A DNA stretch of 64,000 nt from Lepidodermella squamata (lineage: Eukaryota > Animalia > Gastrotricha), in NCBI GenBank assembly GCA_047495785.1, contig JBLDXI010000009.1, positions 1,302,001 through 1,366,000 on the forward strand, given 5' to 3'. Positions within the stretch are counted from its first letter, which is position 1. Every line of letters begins with the position of its first letter. The position numbers and the translations under genes were made by a program. Under the pieces are notes generated by a model. The model was not told the origin of the DNA, did not search any database, and saw only the letters and a program-made list of their open reading frames with translations. This document shows, piece by piece, positions 38,001 to 50,665 of the stretch.

Positions 38001-40341
38001 ATGTGGACGTTCCTGATTTTGACATATTTTCTCTCACCTAATATCTGTGGCGCAAACTTGGCTCAGAACAAAACAACACGTCTCCGTGTTTTGTTTCTCT
38101 CCCCTATTGCCTTCATCGACCCTCGCCAGGTACTGGCAGGCACAGTCGCGATGGGTTATGTCGCCGATAAGGTCAACTAGACCCGACATTCTTCGCGATT
38201 ATTTCGTCGAGTTCGTGCCTGTTGATGAGTACCTCGGTATACGGGCAACTACGAGCCTAATTTCATTCCGGCGAGATCTGTCAGCCCTTCAATCGCCTAT
38301 AATAGCAGGCCCGGCTATCACAAACGGCTGCAAGGCTATTGGCCCGGTTTTGAAGTACATTCAAACAATTTCGCTTTCAACTTTCTGCAGCGCGCCGTTT
38401 TTATCCGATCCTACTTTGTACCCGAATTTGTTCCTATCACAATCTACCGCAACTAGCACCGCCCTATCTATGGTAGCTTTTATCAAAAATATCGGATCTT
38501 GGAGTCGAGTAGCTTTATTTGCGACGACTTCGAATATTAAAGACTTCTCAACCGCACTACTCCTTAATGATCAACTGATTTCAAACCGTGTAGAGGTCCC
38601 TCTTTTCGATATTATCAATGACGTAACCCCAGAGATAATCAATGGTCTGAAACTGTCTGGAATCAGAATAATTATCATTTCCAACGGAAATTCTGTTCTT
38701 GTCCCCCAGTTCCTATGTGAGGCGTTCAAAGCAGGAATTTCGGGTCCCCGTTATGTTTTCCTTTCTTTCGCAAATGGATTTTCCCTTGCACCTCGGCCCG
38801 GCTGTACTGTCGCCATGCTTCATGAACAGGCAAAACAAATGTTTTACTTTGGAAATGCAGCTAAACCTAGTAGTTACGATCGAATCAGTGATTTAGGTGA
38901 TACTGCTGGGGATTTTGAACAATTCATGGGCCGAGCTACAAATTTAACAATCGATGCTTATTTGACTGCATTCCAGCTGCGGGACACTCTAGTAAACGTC
39001 TTGATTGCTCTGAATGAGACTGATAGGCGACTGAAATCTGAGTTCAATCTCTCCTTGCATGATTACCACTCTAAGCCTGATTTTGTCGCTGAAATCGCTC
39101 GGGAAGTTATCCTGGCTAGTGAACCCATTGGGCTAAGAGTTGGACGAACTTCGTACAGCAAAAATGGCCTGCTTCTAGGCGATATTCAAGTCGTCACACA
39201 ATGGGATCCTTTCGCAGGCATGCGAACCCTCTATTCTGTCCATCAAAGTTTAAACAAGTCTTTTAGCGATGTTGATCTGCAAGGATTTTCGCTGGAAAAA
39301 GTAGCTGAAATTATCTGGCAACCACCTTTAGATCGGCCTCGTGTCAAACGTCTGGCGTTGTCAATCCCACGGGCTATTTTCGTCGTTGAGTGGATTCTAA
39401 TCGCGGTTGGAAGTGCTATAATTATCATAGGTCTAGGACTTATTTTAAGGAACAAGCCTGCTTCCTGGAACTATCGATTTTCAAAGTCGTACTCACTACT
39501 CGGTTGCTTGTGCTTAAATGCTTCCTCCGCTCTGTTCGCCGTTGATCGCTCGACAGGAAGCTCAGGAATAGTCATGGCCGCCTACTTCCTTCTCGGAGTT
39601 GGGATATCAGCAGTTTGCGGACAAATCGCTAGCCGTCTTTATGCGATCAATTCTCACGTGAAGAAGAGCATTAAAAATAGCCACAGAAAATCGCGCAATA
39701 CGGTGAGTCCGACTTCTAACAAAATCAGACCGAAAGCCGTTGTCATATTTCGACACAATTCAGCCGAAATCATGGACGTCCAAAGTCTGAAAATAGGTTT
39801 TGTCATAACTCTACCTAGTTTAGCTGTTTTAATCGGATGGGTGGCCAGTCACAAATTTGTTTGTCTCGAAAAATCTGATGAAATGCCGATTTACAACGAG
39901 TTGTCTGATACTGTTCAAGAAACGTGGTTTGTCAGTTGTTTGATGGCTCCTAATTCCTTGACAGGCTGGTCCCTTCTAAGTTCAGTAGGTGTTGCTCAGT
40001 TCTTGCTGCTATTGTTTTCATTGATGATTGCATTCCACCTTAAACAAGTCAAAGGAGTCGCTGCGAATTGCCCGGAATTTTACGCAATTGCTATCTCAGC
40101 TATAGCAAGCGCCACTCTTTTACCTGCTGGTCTCTTGATAGCTCTGATTCTTGATGAGACTAATCGTCAAGCGGCCATAAGTCTAGCTCTGATCATTTGG
40201 TCTCTCTTTGAATCGTTCACGTTACTTTATCATGGTATTAACAAGAAGAAAGTGATGGCCTATGTGAAATCTCACCATCGCGTGAATAACGGTGAAAGTT
40301 TTGTAGAAGGGTCAACCACAGTTGGACATTTTGATCACTAA
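38001..40341 (+). pseudogene. Intronless GABA-B-like class C GPCR with a frameshift near 38178 (pseudogene or assembly error)
   Basis: Signal peptide and first flytrap strand in one frame end at VADKVN* (38180); RPDILRDY, YPNLF, WSRVA, IRIII, GISGPRYVF and 7TM continue in another frame. Confidence 0.75.
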
Positions 40342-40402
40342 ATTCAGTAGATTTATCAAATAAATTCAGCAAATTTTTAATGATTATTTTGCCTCATTTT
40401 AG

Positions 40403-40960
40403 GAGTCATAACCCTGATGCAGGTGAAGACAATAAAAATGGAAGGTGTGGATGTGGATCTAAATGGTTTGAAGGACGTTAACAGCGGCACTTATCGAGCA
40501 ATTCGCATGGTTCTATCGGATCAAATGCGAAGAATTTACGACAAAGCAGGCCTAACTGTACTCTTCATCAACGTTACAAGCATCAGTTTCATGTAAAACA
40601 GCTTCCTTAATACAGCAGATCGATCAATTTCTTTTTATCAGGTCTCCGTCAGGTGAATTTCTAGCTCTAATAGACGCCACAATCGACTGTGGCCTTTCAA
40701 TCAAGGACAAAGACGGCTTGAATTCTAGTTTGGCCAGCGCAGTCGCTTCATTGATGGCTGATGGCGCTTTTGATAACAGTTTTGGCCGGCAGTCGCCTGT
40801 TACGCTGGAAATTGTTCACTTCGAATTGGAGTATGCGAGACAGCCTGAGGAAACGGCTGTTTCAAGTGCCTTTGCTCTGTTATCGGGTGACGAAAGACAA
40901 CGCGTCTTGTTCAAAATTATATTTCTGTATCATTCCAGTAATTACCTGTTCAAACATTAA
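40403..40960 (+). CDS. Two orphan exons encoding a SEA-like domain; possible 3' end of the lectin-CBM1 gene
   Basis: Acceptor ttttag at 40402, 49-nt GT-AG intron 40593-40641; joined reading LKDVNSGTYRAIRMVLSDQMRRIY...VLFINVTSISFM|SPSGEFLALIDATID...LASAVASLMADGAF resembles the SEA pattern by eye. Confidence 0.45.
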
Positions 40961-41114
40961 GCTTTTGCAAAATAAAGACAAAATGAAAAAACTTCTGATC
41001 ATAAGTATTTGTAGGAGAGCTAAAACAGCAGGTCAAATCTAGTTTCTAAATGGCATCAAAGCTTATCCCACCTTAAACAATTATAAAACTGAATTTAAAT
41101 TATGTCAAAAGTAT

Positions 41115-41187
41115 CGAGGCTGCCAGGAGTCGAACCTGGAATCTTCTGATCCGTAGTCAGACGCGTTGTCCATTGCGCCACAACCCC
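41115..41187 (-). tRNA. tRNA-Arg-ACG: tRNA-Arg, anticodon ACG
   Basis: GGGGTTGTGGCGCAATGGACAACGCGTCTGACTACGGATCAGAAGATTCCAGGTTCGACTCCTGGCAGCCTCG: 73 nt, stems pair, A and B boxes present, TTTT terminator a few nt downstream. Confidence 0.97.
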
Positions 41188-41538
41188 GCTCTACGTATCA
41201 TGCAATAAAACCGGCTCATACTGACCAGGCCGGCCCACTCAACGTCGGTAGCCATTCATAATAATAATGATGGGCCATGTGCGTAATGAAAAAAAACGGA
41301 ACAGCAGCAGCTGTCTACGCTCACAACGTGCTTACATTCATTCGCTTAGCACGAGGCAGCTCTCATTATTATCATCGACGTACACAGCTGCTGAAGTTAT
41401 CACGAGCATTGATAACCTTCCGGTGACCTCCCCCACACCGGTTTTTGCACTACTGGTGCATTCAGCTGTTGGCATGCATATTTACCGTTAAATCGGCTGC
41501 ACATTTTCCTGATATTTTTAGGTTTACTTTTGAGGAAA

Positions 41539-43252
41539 ATGCAGTGGTGGGACTTTTTTCTTTACGGATATGCGTGGCTTTTGTTTTCTTTCATATTTTA
41601 CGGAGCTCATCGATTCATTTTCGATCGATTTTTGTACCGATTACCGCGCGGACCAACGCCATTACCATTTATCGGTTTGATAAATTATGCTTTATTTATG
41701 AATAAAATCCAAAATTTAAATTTATACCTAGGTAATGCGTATTTGATGGGATCAGATCCGAAAAGAAAGCCGTGGCATGTTTTCAGGAAATTATCTGAAA
41801 AATACGGCCCATTATTCACGTTCTACTTCGGCCAAATTCGTGTTATTGTTCTTATGGATGCCAAAGTCATTCGCCAGGCCCTCGTTACCCTGCAGAAGCA
41901 TTTCAGCAGCCGAGCGGACAATTTCTTTCCAGGCTACGAAATCCTCGCCCAAAGCGGCGTGGTATCATCAGATGGCGATGTTTGGGCGAAAAATCGCCGA
42001 TTTTGCGCCAAAGGCCTTCGCGATTTCGGCCTTGGAACCAACTCGATGGCCAGTCGAATTCAAGACGAAGCCGCCGTTGTTCTACAACAATTCGAACAGC
42101 AAGCGGACGGCGTTAACATTCACTCAGGGAAAACTGTAAACAAAATCCTTAACAACGGGCTGTCAAACATCATTTACGGCCTGATTTTCGGTCAACGTCT
42201 AGCTTACGATGACCCTAAATTTGTTGAATTAATTCACCAAACCGAGCAATTTTTCGAACGGCCATTTAAAGACAACGCGATTTATTTCGCATTACCTATC
42301 GCTGCCAAGTTCGATTTACCGCCCCAGGTCGAGGACATTCAAGGCATTGGGAATTTGATTGAGAAGCAACTCCTAACAGCGATCGAAGAACGAAAATCCA
42401 ATTTTTCGTCGGATAATATTCGCGATTTTATCGACGTTTACCTAAGCGCGGAAAATGAGCCAGTTTCATCTGAAAATCAATTAAACTTCCATCACTTCGC
42501 CGCCAGTATGCGAGATTTAATGATTGCTGGATTTGAAACAACGACAGCAACGCTTTTGTGGACTATTTTGTACTTCTGCAAATTGCCAGAGCAACAATTG
42601 AAGTGTCAGGCGGCGGTCGATAAGGTGATAGGAACTGATCGCTTGCCGAACCTAGCCGATCGCGCTGATTTGGTGTATTTGGAAGCAGTTTTGAATGAAA
42701 TTCTACGATATGTTACCATTGTACCCTGCCCTGTCTTTCACGCTGTCAAGGACGTAGGTGTCGAACTTGAAGGTAATATAATTTTCTGAATTTTCACATT
42801 TTAAAAATGTTCAAATTAAAAAATTTTAACAATTAAAATTTAAAATTTAAAATTTTTTTTTTTATGAATTGTGAGCCATTAATTTTAATTTTTTTACAGA
42901 TTTTAATATTCCGCCTGAATCAGCTATAAGCTACAATATTTGGAATGTTCATCACGACGTTGAATATTGGAAAGACCCAGAAGAATTCCGGCCCGATCGC
43001 TGGATTGACCCAGATAGCGGCGCGCTCTTGACCCACTCGACGCACTTTTTCCCATTCGGCCTTGGTCCTCGAGTTTGTCTCGGCGAACAACTGGCGCGTC
43101 TCGAGTACATCATCTTCCTAGCCGCCATCATTCAGCGCTTCAATTTCGCTTTCCCGCACAGCGACTACGCCGTCGATTACGATGGTGGACGCCATGGGGT
43201 GACTAATGTCCCGCCTGAATTTGAGGTCGTCATCACACGCCGTCCATTCTGA
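41539..43252 (+). CDS. Cytochrome P450, CYP2 clan (CYP-B); at least 3 exons
   Basis: PRGP, WAKNRR, AGFETT, EILR, PDRW, PFGLGPRVCLG; a short upstream exon near 41474 is possible. Confidence 0.94.
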
Positions 43253-43728
43253 GGCGTATTTGGACAAAAAACCAATCTCCTTATCACTATACTTGCTCAC
43301 CGCGTCTATTTTTAGCCGCATGATATACGTGTATTGAGGCTGAAATTTGAGTGAATAAAAACGTGAATACCTCCGCGTTTTTTTACACGTTTTTTTCCAC
43401 GTCAATGGCAAGGATTCTTGTTGGCAGGCCGCCCGTATCCGAATGCACAGAAGTCTTACAGATAAAGCTGCTATCTAATCTCGACACAGTTTTATTTTGC
43501 AGCTTCTCGCAACGGCGACGCTTGTCATCGTCAGCCGCGGCAATGTCTCTCTTATATTTGGTGTGGCCACCCACTCGTTCGCACCGAGAAACCCACGATT
43601 GGTTTTTTAGCAAAAAAACGTTTGCACCCAGCCTAAGAAAAAAATGAGCTGATATAGCAGCAACGGCGAACTCACAGACCGCCGCACTTTACTAATTCCT
43701 TTCATACCTAATCATCGTATTTAGGGTG

Positions 43729-45356
43729 ATGAATTATATGGACGGACTGGATATCGATGTTGCGGTGCGGTTTTTCAAAGATTGGTGGCACTGTTTAATC
43801 CCAGGGGTTGCCCTGTTCTATGGCACGAAGGCTTATATATGGGACTTTTTCTACCGACTACCACCCGGACCTACACCACTTCCGTTTATAGGTCAGTTTC
43901 AAGTATAGCCATGAGACATTGAGGTCACAACATTTTTTAAATAATTAGGCAGTACATGGGTTTTTTCGCTCCAGCCAAAACGTCAGAAATTCCCAGAGAC
44001 GATGACAAGATTAGCGAAACAATACGGCCCTGTTATGACCTTGTATATGGGACCGACGCGCATGATTGCGCTCAGTGATGCGAAAATTATTCAGCAGGTG
44101 TTGGGAGAGCAAGGGAAAAATTTCAGCGGCCGTTTGGAGCGTCGATTGCCCGGGCTAGAGACAATGGGGGAGGGCATCGTGCTGGCGAATGATGAAGTCT
44201 GGCGGCGAAATCGGCGCTTCGGTCTCAAGGCTATGCGCGACTTCGGAATGGGGAAGGATGTTATGGTGACAAAAATTCAAGAGGAAATTCGCCATTTGTT
44301 GGCCGATCTTGAGGTTTCGGCGGCGAAAGGCGAGAGCATTTTCCCGCGTTTTCGACTGGCCAATGCGGTTTCAAATGTGATTTGCTCATTGGTACTCGGA
44401 CGGCGCTACGAAAGCAATGATCCGCAGTTTTTGGAGCTGTTATCGAAATTGGATACCCTGCTGAAAGCTGACAATTCCGAAATCGCGACAATGACAATGT
44501 TTCCATTCATGAAATATTTCCGCGTACCAAGACAGGTATAATAATTATTGCCCTAATATTCGCATATATCTAAATTTATTTGTAGGTGAGGAGGCTCAAT
44601 GAATTTCATAAAATTTTGGTCGCAATTTTGAAAGACTGCATCATGGAACATCGGCGCGATTTTGATGCGAACAATATTCGAGACTTTCCAGACCTGTTCA
44701 TCCAGGCCGAGATGCAGGGCGAACCGATGAGTATCGACAATTTCGGCCACATCATGTTCGACATGTTCGGCGCTGGCACGGAAACTACTACAACAGCCCT
44801 AACCTGGACGCTGCTTTTCCTCGGCAAAAATACCGACGCCCAACAGAAGTGTCACGAAGCTCTCGATGCGGCTATTGATACCGATAGATTGCCAACACTT
44901 AAAGATCGGCCGAAATTGGTGTATCTAGACGCTGTTTTTCACGAATCCCTGCGTCTGGCCAGCACTGTTCCACTCGGGTTGTTCCACTCGAATTTGGATT
45001 GCGCGCAGAAAATCGGCGACTACGACGTGCCGCCTAACACCCTGGTGATGTACAACGCGTACAAGCTGCAGATGGACCCTGAATATTGGGACAGCCCCGA
45101 GTCGTTCATACCCGAGAGGTGGCTGGCTGAGGACGGGTCGCTGTTGAAGCATTCTACCCACTTCCTCCCGTTCGGCATCGGGCCGCGCATTTGCATGGGC
45201 GAGTCACTCGCGCGCACCGAATATTTCCTATTTCTTGCCGCTGTTCTACAACGGTTCAGCTTCGACCTGCGAACGCCCCGAGTTTCCGTCGAAGACAGCC
45301 CGGAGGGCGTTGTAAATGCTTGTCCCGAGTACAAAATTGTGCTCACTCGCAGATGA
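43729..45356 (+). CDS. Cytochrome P450, CYP2 clan (CYP-C); 3 exons
   Basis: PPGP, WRRNRR, AGTETT, ESLR, PERW, PFGIGPRICMG. Confidence 0.95.
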
Positions 45357-45726
45357 AGTGAGATTGAGATTTATTTTTTGGCTTCTCTCATTGCTATCCC
45401 GGTCCTCATATTATAATTCACCACACACCTTTTCCACTAGCAATTTGCTCAGTGCCAAAGGCAATAAAAAATCACTGAAGTGAAAAGTGAACAAACATAT
45501 AGCAATCATCCAGGTGAACAAATTTATGGTTGAAATAGATCGGCAAATTGTCCCTGAGCCTTGGCAAAATGCTAATGGAAAATTTGTTTAAAATAATATA
45601 TTGCTCTGTTATTACGGCTTGAGAAGCTGATGATGAATAAAACGATACGGCTGCTTGTAATATGAATGATCTCATCTCTTATTTAAATTCAACCGAACCC
45701 AATTAGGGATATTTCCAGCCTGTGCT

Positions 45727-45743
45727 TATCAAGCCAGACATCA
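45727..45743 (+). promoter_or_regulatory. Conserved upstream motif TATCAAGCCAGACATCA of the class A GPCR family
   Basis: Identical 17-mer at 47963-47979; related minus-strand copies at 5209-5224 and 2500-2514; each lies within about 180 bp upstream of a paralog ATG. Confidence 0.55.
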
Positions 45744-45802
45744 TCAATAGCCGATTCAAAATTTCAGGAAAAACTAACCGAAAATTCAATTTTTTGAAAA
45801 CT

Positions 45803-47623
45803 ATGGAAGCAATTGAAGTTGGGGAGCTGTTCAGCTTGAATGAAACAGTGCATTCGCTTACACCAAGCGTGATTCTGTCCGAAAGTCGATCGAACAGCGC
45901 TAATTTGAATGTATCGCTAGTTGCAGCGGCGTTTTTCTTCCGCGAGTTCAATTATGTCCTGGCAAAAGGTCGCGACTATGCCTGCTGGAATCGCGATCCC
46001 TACAACTCGACAAGATTTACCCGGGATTTCGTCTTCCCATTCGCAGCCCTAGTGAGAAATCTCGCGGCAGACGGAGTTTCACCTGGTTGTAATCCCGTAT
46101 CGATGATGGTGTATGACTGCCTATGTCCAAGTTATACCCCCGATAACCTCGGCTGTAGCATGAACGATTCGATGATGATATGTGTAGAATGGTCGTGGGA
46201 GATTCCGCGATTGTCAGACTTCTTCTTTTCTCCACTGGCACAGTGGCAAAGGCGTGCCGCAGCTGGGCTCTACATAATAACGATACCTCTTTCTGCCCTT
46301 TGTGAGTGACCTGACCTACTTTTTCCCGATTTTACTCAGACGTTTTATTACAGTGACAAGCCTTGCTATTTATGTCTGGGCTCGAAATCCATCGCTGCAA
46401 ACAGTGACCAACATTTTTGTCATCAATTTGGTATGTGCGAACCTAGCAGTCGCTGTAGTGAGGTTGCCCATGGAGGTAAACGATTTTTTGCAATAAATAC
46501 CGCTCTCAACTTTTTCCCACGAAGACATACAAATTGATGGCAGATACTGGCGAGTCCTTTCCGTGGTTTGTGATAGAGCCCATTTGGATATCGGATGCCC
46601 TTTGCAGGCTTTATGCCATCCTCCCTTCGATGTCTATGGTTGTTTCGGTCAACATGTTGGTTCTTATTGGCTATGAACGCTACCAGGCGATTTGCAACCC
46701 GCTGCAAAGCCAACGCCAGCTTTCGAGAAGACGAGCCTATAAGCTTATAGCCATCACCTGGATATGGTCATTCCTATTCTGCATCCCACCGATGCTTTTT
46801 TACGTGAGATAAAATATTTTCTCATTTTTAGAAATTTCGAGTTTTATGATTTTTAGTCCGTCAAGCTTGGAAATACATTACTGGGTTATCAACTTTATTG
46901 CGGACTGGCGCCCCATAATCTCCTAAGCGAACTGACCTCGGATGGCATGTTAGCAATGAGATCAGCGCAAAAAATTATCTATTCAGTGACACAATTCTTC
47001 CTACCATCCATAGTGCTTTGCTTCGTTTACGGCAAAATCCTAATAACTTTGAAGCGAAGAATGAACCAAAGTCTTGTTGAAACGTTGAACAACCAAGAAA
47101 GTTTGCCAAGTGGCTCAATCAACGCTATGTAAAATTACTTTTAAATCTGGAATTTCTCTGTAAATCACCGATTTTTTTTATTCACAGGGCGTCAACTGGC
47201 CGAGAAGCGCATCTGAAGCAGAAAGCACTTCGCCAGACTCGTCGGGCAACCTTGACTTGCTTCTTCTGCCTCGCCGCGTTCGTTCTGTTGTGGCTGCCGT
47301 ACCATGCCTCTGAAGTTCTAATGGCCATCGCCAACTACTCCCCTACCTTCACGTTGGCGATATATTACTACTCGGCATTTGCGATGCCGGAGAATGTTGT
47401 CCTGTACTACGCCATCGCAATGACTTACTCCGTTTTCTCGCCTCTGATCTACTGCGGAGCGAACCGTCAATGGGTGGCGCTTCTGAAGAAAATGTTCTGC
47501 TGCAAACGCTTCGGTTTCAAAACTGAAGGTGACGATGCGACTGATACGCGAGAAAGCTCGGTCAACTCGACATCGAGCAATAAACCATCCACTAAAAAAG
47601 TGGCGCGAAAGTCTGACGATTAG
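45803..47623 (+). CDS. Class A GPCR with Cys-rich ectodomain, paralog 3; 5 exons
   Basis: LQTVTNIFVINLVCAN, GYERYQAICNPL, FFLPSIVLCFVYGKI, CLAAFVLLWLP, FSPLIYCG. Confidence 0.9.
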
Positions 47624-48060
47624 CGATTATTGTCGTGTAAATTAACGCGAAAAATACGATCGATCTATAACACTTGTTTTGTTGGCTAAACGTATTTTTG
47701 AATAAATTTTCTGGTTTCCAAAAACCCTCGAAATGAATTTTTTTATCTCGGCGTTGATTCACCGGTATTAAAGGTTGGTTAATGAGCCAGAAAATGATAT
47801 CCGAAATCGGCTAAAATTATCGTCAACCAAATATAAATCCTTCGAAATGGTATTTCGAGTCAATGGCAGCTTAAGCTCCATTAATTTGCCAAGGGGAGAA
47901 ACAATTAATTAATTTTGATCAATGGACCGGCAAACAATTTTCAAATCTAGATTTTGTTAAACTATCAAGCCAGACATCAGGACAGGCGCGATAATTGCTC
48001 ACGTTCACGATTTATTCGGAAGAACCGCGCGCTTCATTATTTGTGAATTCATGCGAAAAA

Positions 48061-49850
48061 ATGTTCGAATTAGAAACTATCGAAATCGGCGAGTTTTTCA
48101 AGTTGAACGAAACGTATCCTGGCCTGACACCGATGATGGTATTGTCTGACAACGCAACGACGATGAACAGCACGCGCAAGAACAGGCTGTTGGAAGCTGC
48201 AATGTTTTTCCAGATTTTTAATTACGTGCTTGAAAAGGGCCGAGAAAAAGCGTGTTACCAGCGCTATCCCTTCAATACAACGAGATTTATGACGGGCTAT
48301 CCGGCCGAATATGCAATTAGGAGGAACATGATCGCGGAGGGTGTTGTAGAGGGATGTGGTTTCTTTACCGAACCGATCTATAAGTGTCTTTGCACAACGT
48401 ACGACGAAAAACTCGGGTGTACTATGAATGATACGACGCGTCTATGCCCTAAACTATTTTTAACCAATCCGACAATGAAAGAGGCTTTGGCCGAGTCACC
48501 ACTGGCATGGGAATATTATGCGGCCGCTTGGCTCTATATAATCACAACACCTTGCTCCTTTATCGGTGAGTCATTGCGAATAGAATTTGTGAAGGGTTTT
48601 AAATGGCCTAATATTATAGTGAGCAGCATCGCTATCTTTACTTGGTTAATAAATCCACAGCTTCAAACTGTGACCAACATTTTCGTCGTGAATTTGATCT
48701 CGGCCAACCTTGCATTGGCTGTTATAAGGCTTCCAGCTGAAGTAAGTAGTCAAGCTTTTTACTTTCACCCAAGGATAAATCGATTTCACAGGCATCCAAA
48801 ATTATGAATCGATACGGTGATCAAATTCCTTGGACTGAATTCCATCCGATTTTGCTGTCTGATATCTTCTGTAAAATGTACTCAATCATCCCTGATTTTG
48901 TGATGATTGTTTCGGTGAACATGCTGGCTCTTATTGGCTATGAGCGGTATCAAGCAATTTGCAACCCTCTGAAAAGCCAACGTCAACTATCACGTAAGAG
49001 GGCCTACAAACTGATCGCAATTGTCTGGATTTGGTCCCTAATCGCATGCATTCCATCAACCCTGTTTTACGTAAAAAAAACCAGAAAATTATTTGCTCTC
49101 CTCTGATTTTAGTCTTTCCGAAGTCTGTTACCTTATCAACATTGTCGGAGGGGTATCAACTATATTGCGGGCTGGTTTTCGATGCTATTTTCAGCAATTT
49201 TTCATATTACGATTTCGTCACTATGAATTTGGCTCACAAGCTAACGTATGGAATAACGCAATTCTTCATCCCCGCCGGCGTATTGTGCGCCGTCTACGGT
49301 AAAATTCTAGCAACCCTGCGGCGAAGGTTGAACAAATGCAACAGCATCTCGGTTCAAAGGCACCGTGAGAATCCGGCGAATGTCGAGAATTTTCATCCCT
49401 CATCATCGTAACTTTAATTATCCTTATTCTCTAGTCATCTTTATGCTTTTTTCACACAGGATAGACAATGGAATCCTTGAACGAGATGCCAAGCAAAGGG
49501 CGAAGACGATTCAGCAAACTCGACAGGCTACTCTGACGTGTTTTTTATGTCTCGCTGCATTCATCTTGCTGTGGCTGCCGTTCGAAGTATCCCAGATTTT
49601 GTACACCCTTGGGTATTACCTGCCTGATTTGGCGCTATGGAATTATTACACATCGCTAGGCGATTGTATTACACTGTACAACGCCATTGCCATGACGTTC
49701 TCATTTTTCTCGCCGTTGATCTACTGCGGTGGTAACCGCCAGTGGTGGGCTGCCATCAAGCGGATGTTCCGATGCAAATGCCGAGATGGCGATTCGACGG
49801 AGACTTCCCGCGAGACTTCCACCAATTCATCGGCATCGCATGTGGATTGA
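48061..49850 (+). CDS. Class A GPCR with Cys-rich ectodomain, paralog 4; 5 exons
   Basis: LQTVTNIFVVNLISAN, GYERYQAICNPL, FFIPAGVLCAVYGKI, CLAAFILLWLP, FSPLIYCG. Confidence 0.9.
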
Positions 49851-50665
49851 TGGTTGCACTTGCTGTAATAATATCCAGAAAATCATGCGATTATCATGCG
49901 AAAATTATTTCCCATTGACTTGAAGTTTATTTTAATTTAATTTCAATTCAATTAATAAATAAAACTTTCAATGCTAAGCAGAAAATTGAGCTGAGACAAA
50001 CTTAGTTGGTTAATGTGCGAAAATGTGACCTGATTTCATTGTCAATGAGGTCAATGAGGAAAGGGACTCTTCTATTTCGGCCCTTCTCTCTATTATAAGC
50101 TCCTAGAATTTCTGGTTGTACCTCGGGAACGAATTTTGGCAACGTGAAGTACATCTGATCTTGTAAGTACTAGGTCTCATGCTTTCATGTGAATAAAAAA
50201 CCCTTCAATTTGGTGCTCACGCGAATTTTTTCATGGATGAAATTGTGGTTTCTCGAGGGGCCGCCCGAACTTGCGTAGCCGCTAAAAAAACCCTACTTGT
50301 AATCATTCCGGTTTCAACCTATAAAAGAGCCGGACAAACTCACAATTTCAATCATTTTTCGTTCTACTTCGAGTCCGCCCAGGAACGGGAAGTCTTATTT
50401 CTCCGAAGTTTCTCTGAAGTGTCCCTTCTGTCATAGCGCCCCAGTTTTTCAACCCCGATGTCCTTCCAAAGTCAAGACAGTGACAATACATGGCGACTTG
50501 ATTACTACGCGTCATCTATAATGGGCCGCGAAGTCTGCTGATAATTTGTAAACAAAATTGTTGCTCGAAGGTCCCGTTTTCCCGAAACTTTCTGCGATTT
50601 TCAGTCGAATCACTTGGATGTTATATGCCTCGCTCTATTTTTTAATAGCTCTTTTTAAACTTGAA

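Noticed and set aside
38130-38180. 51-nt GT-AG as an intron rescuing the class C GPCR
   Set aside because: Its length is a multiple of three, so the downstream frame stays wrong and hits a stop; it would also delete a conserved helix
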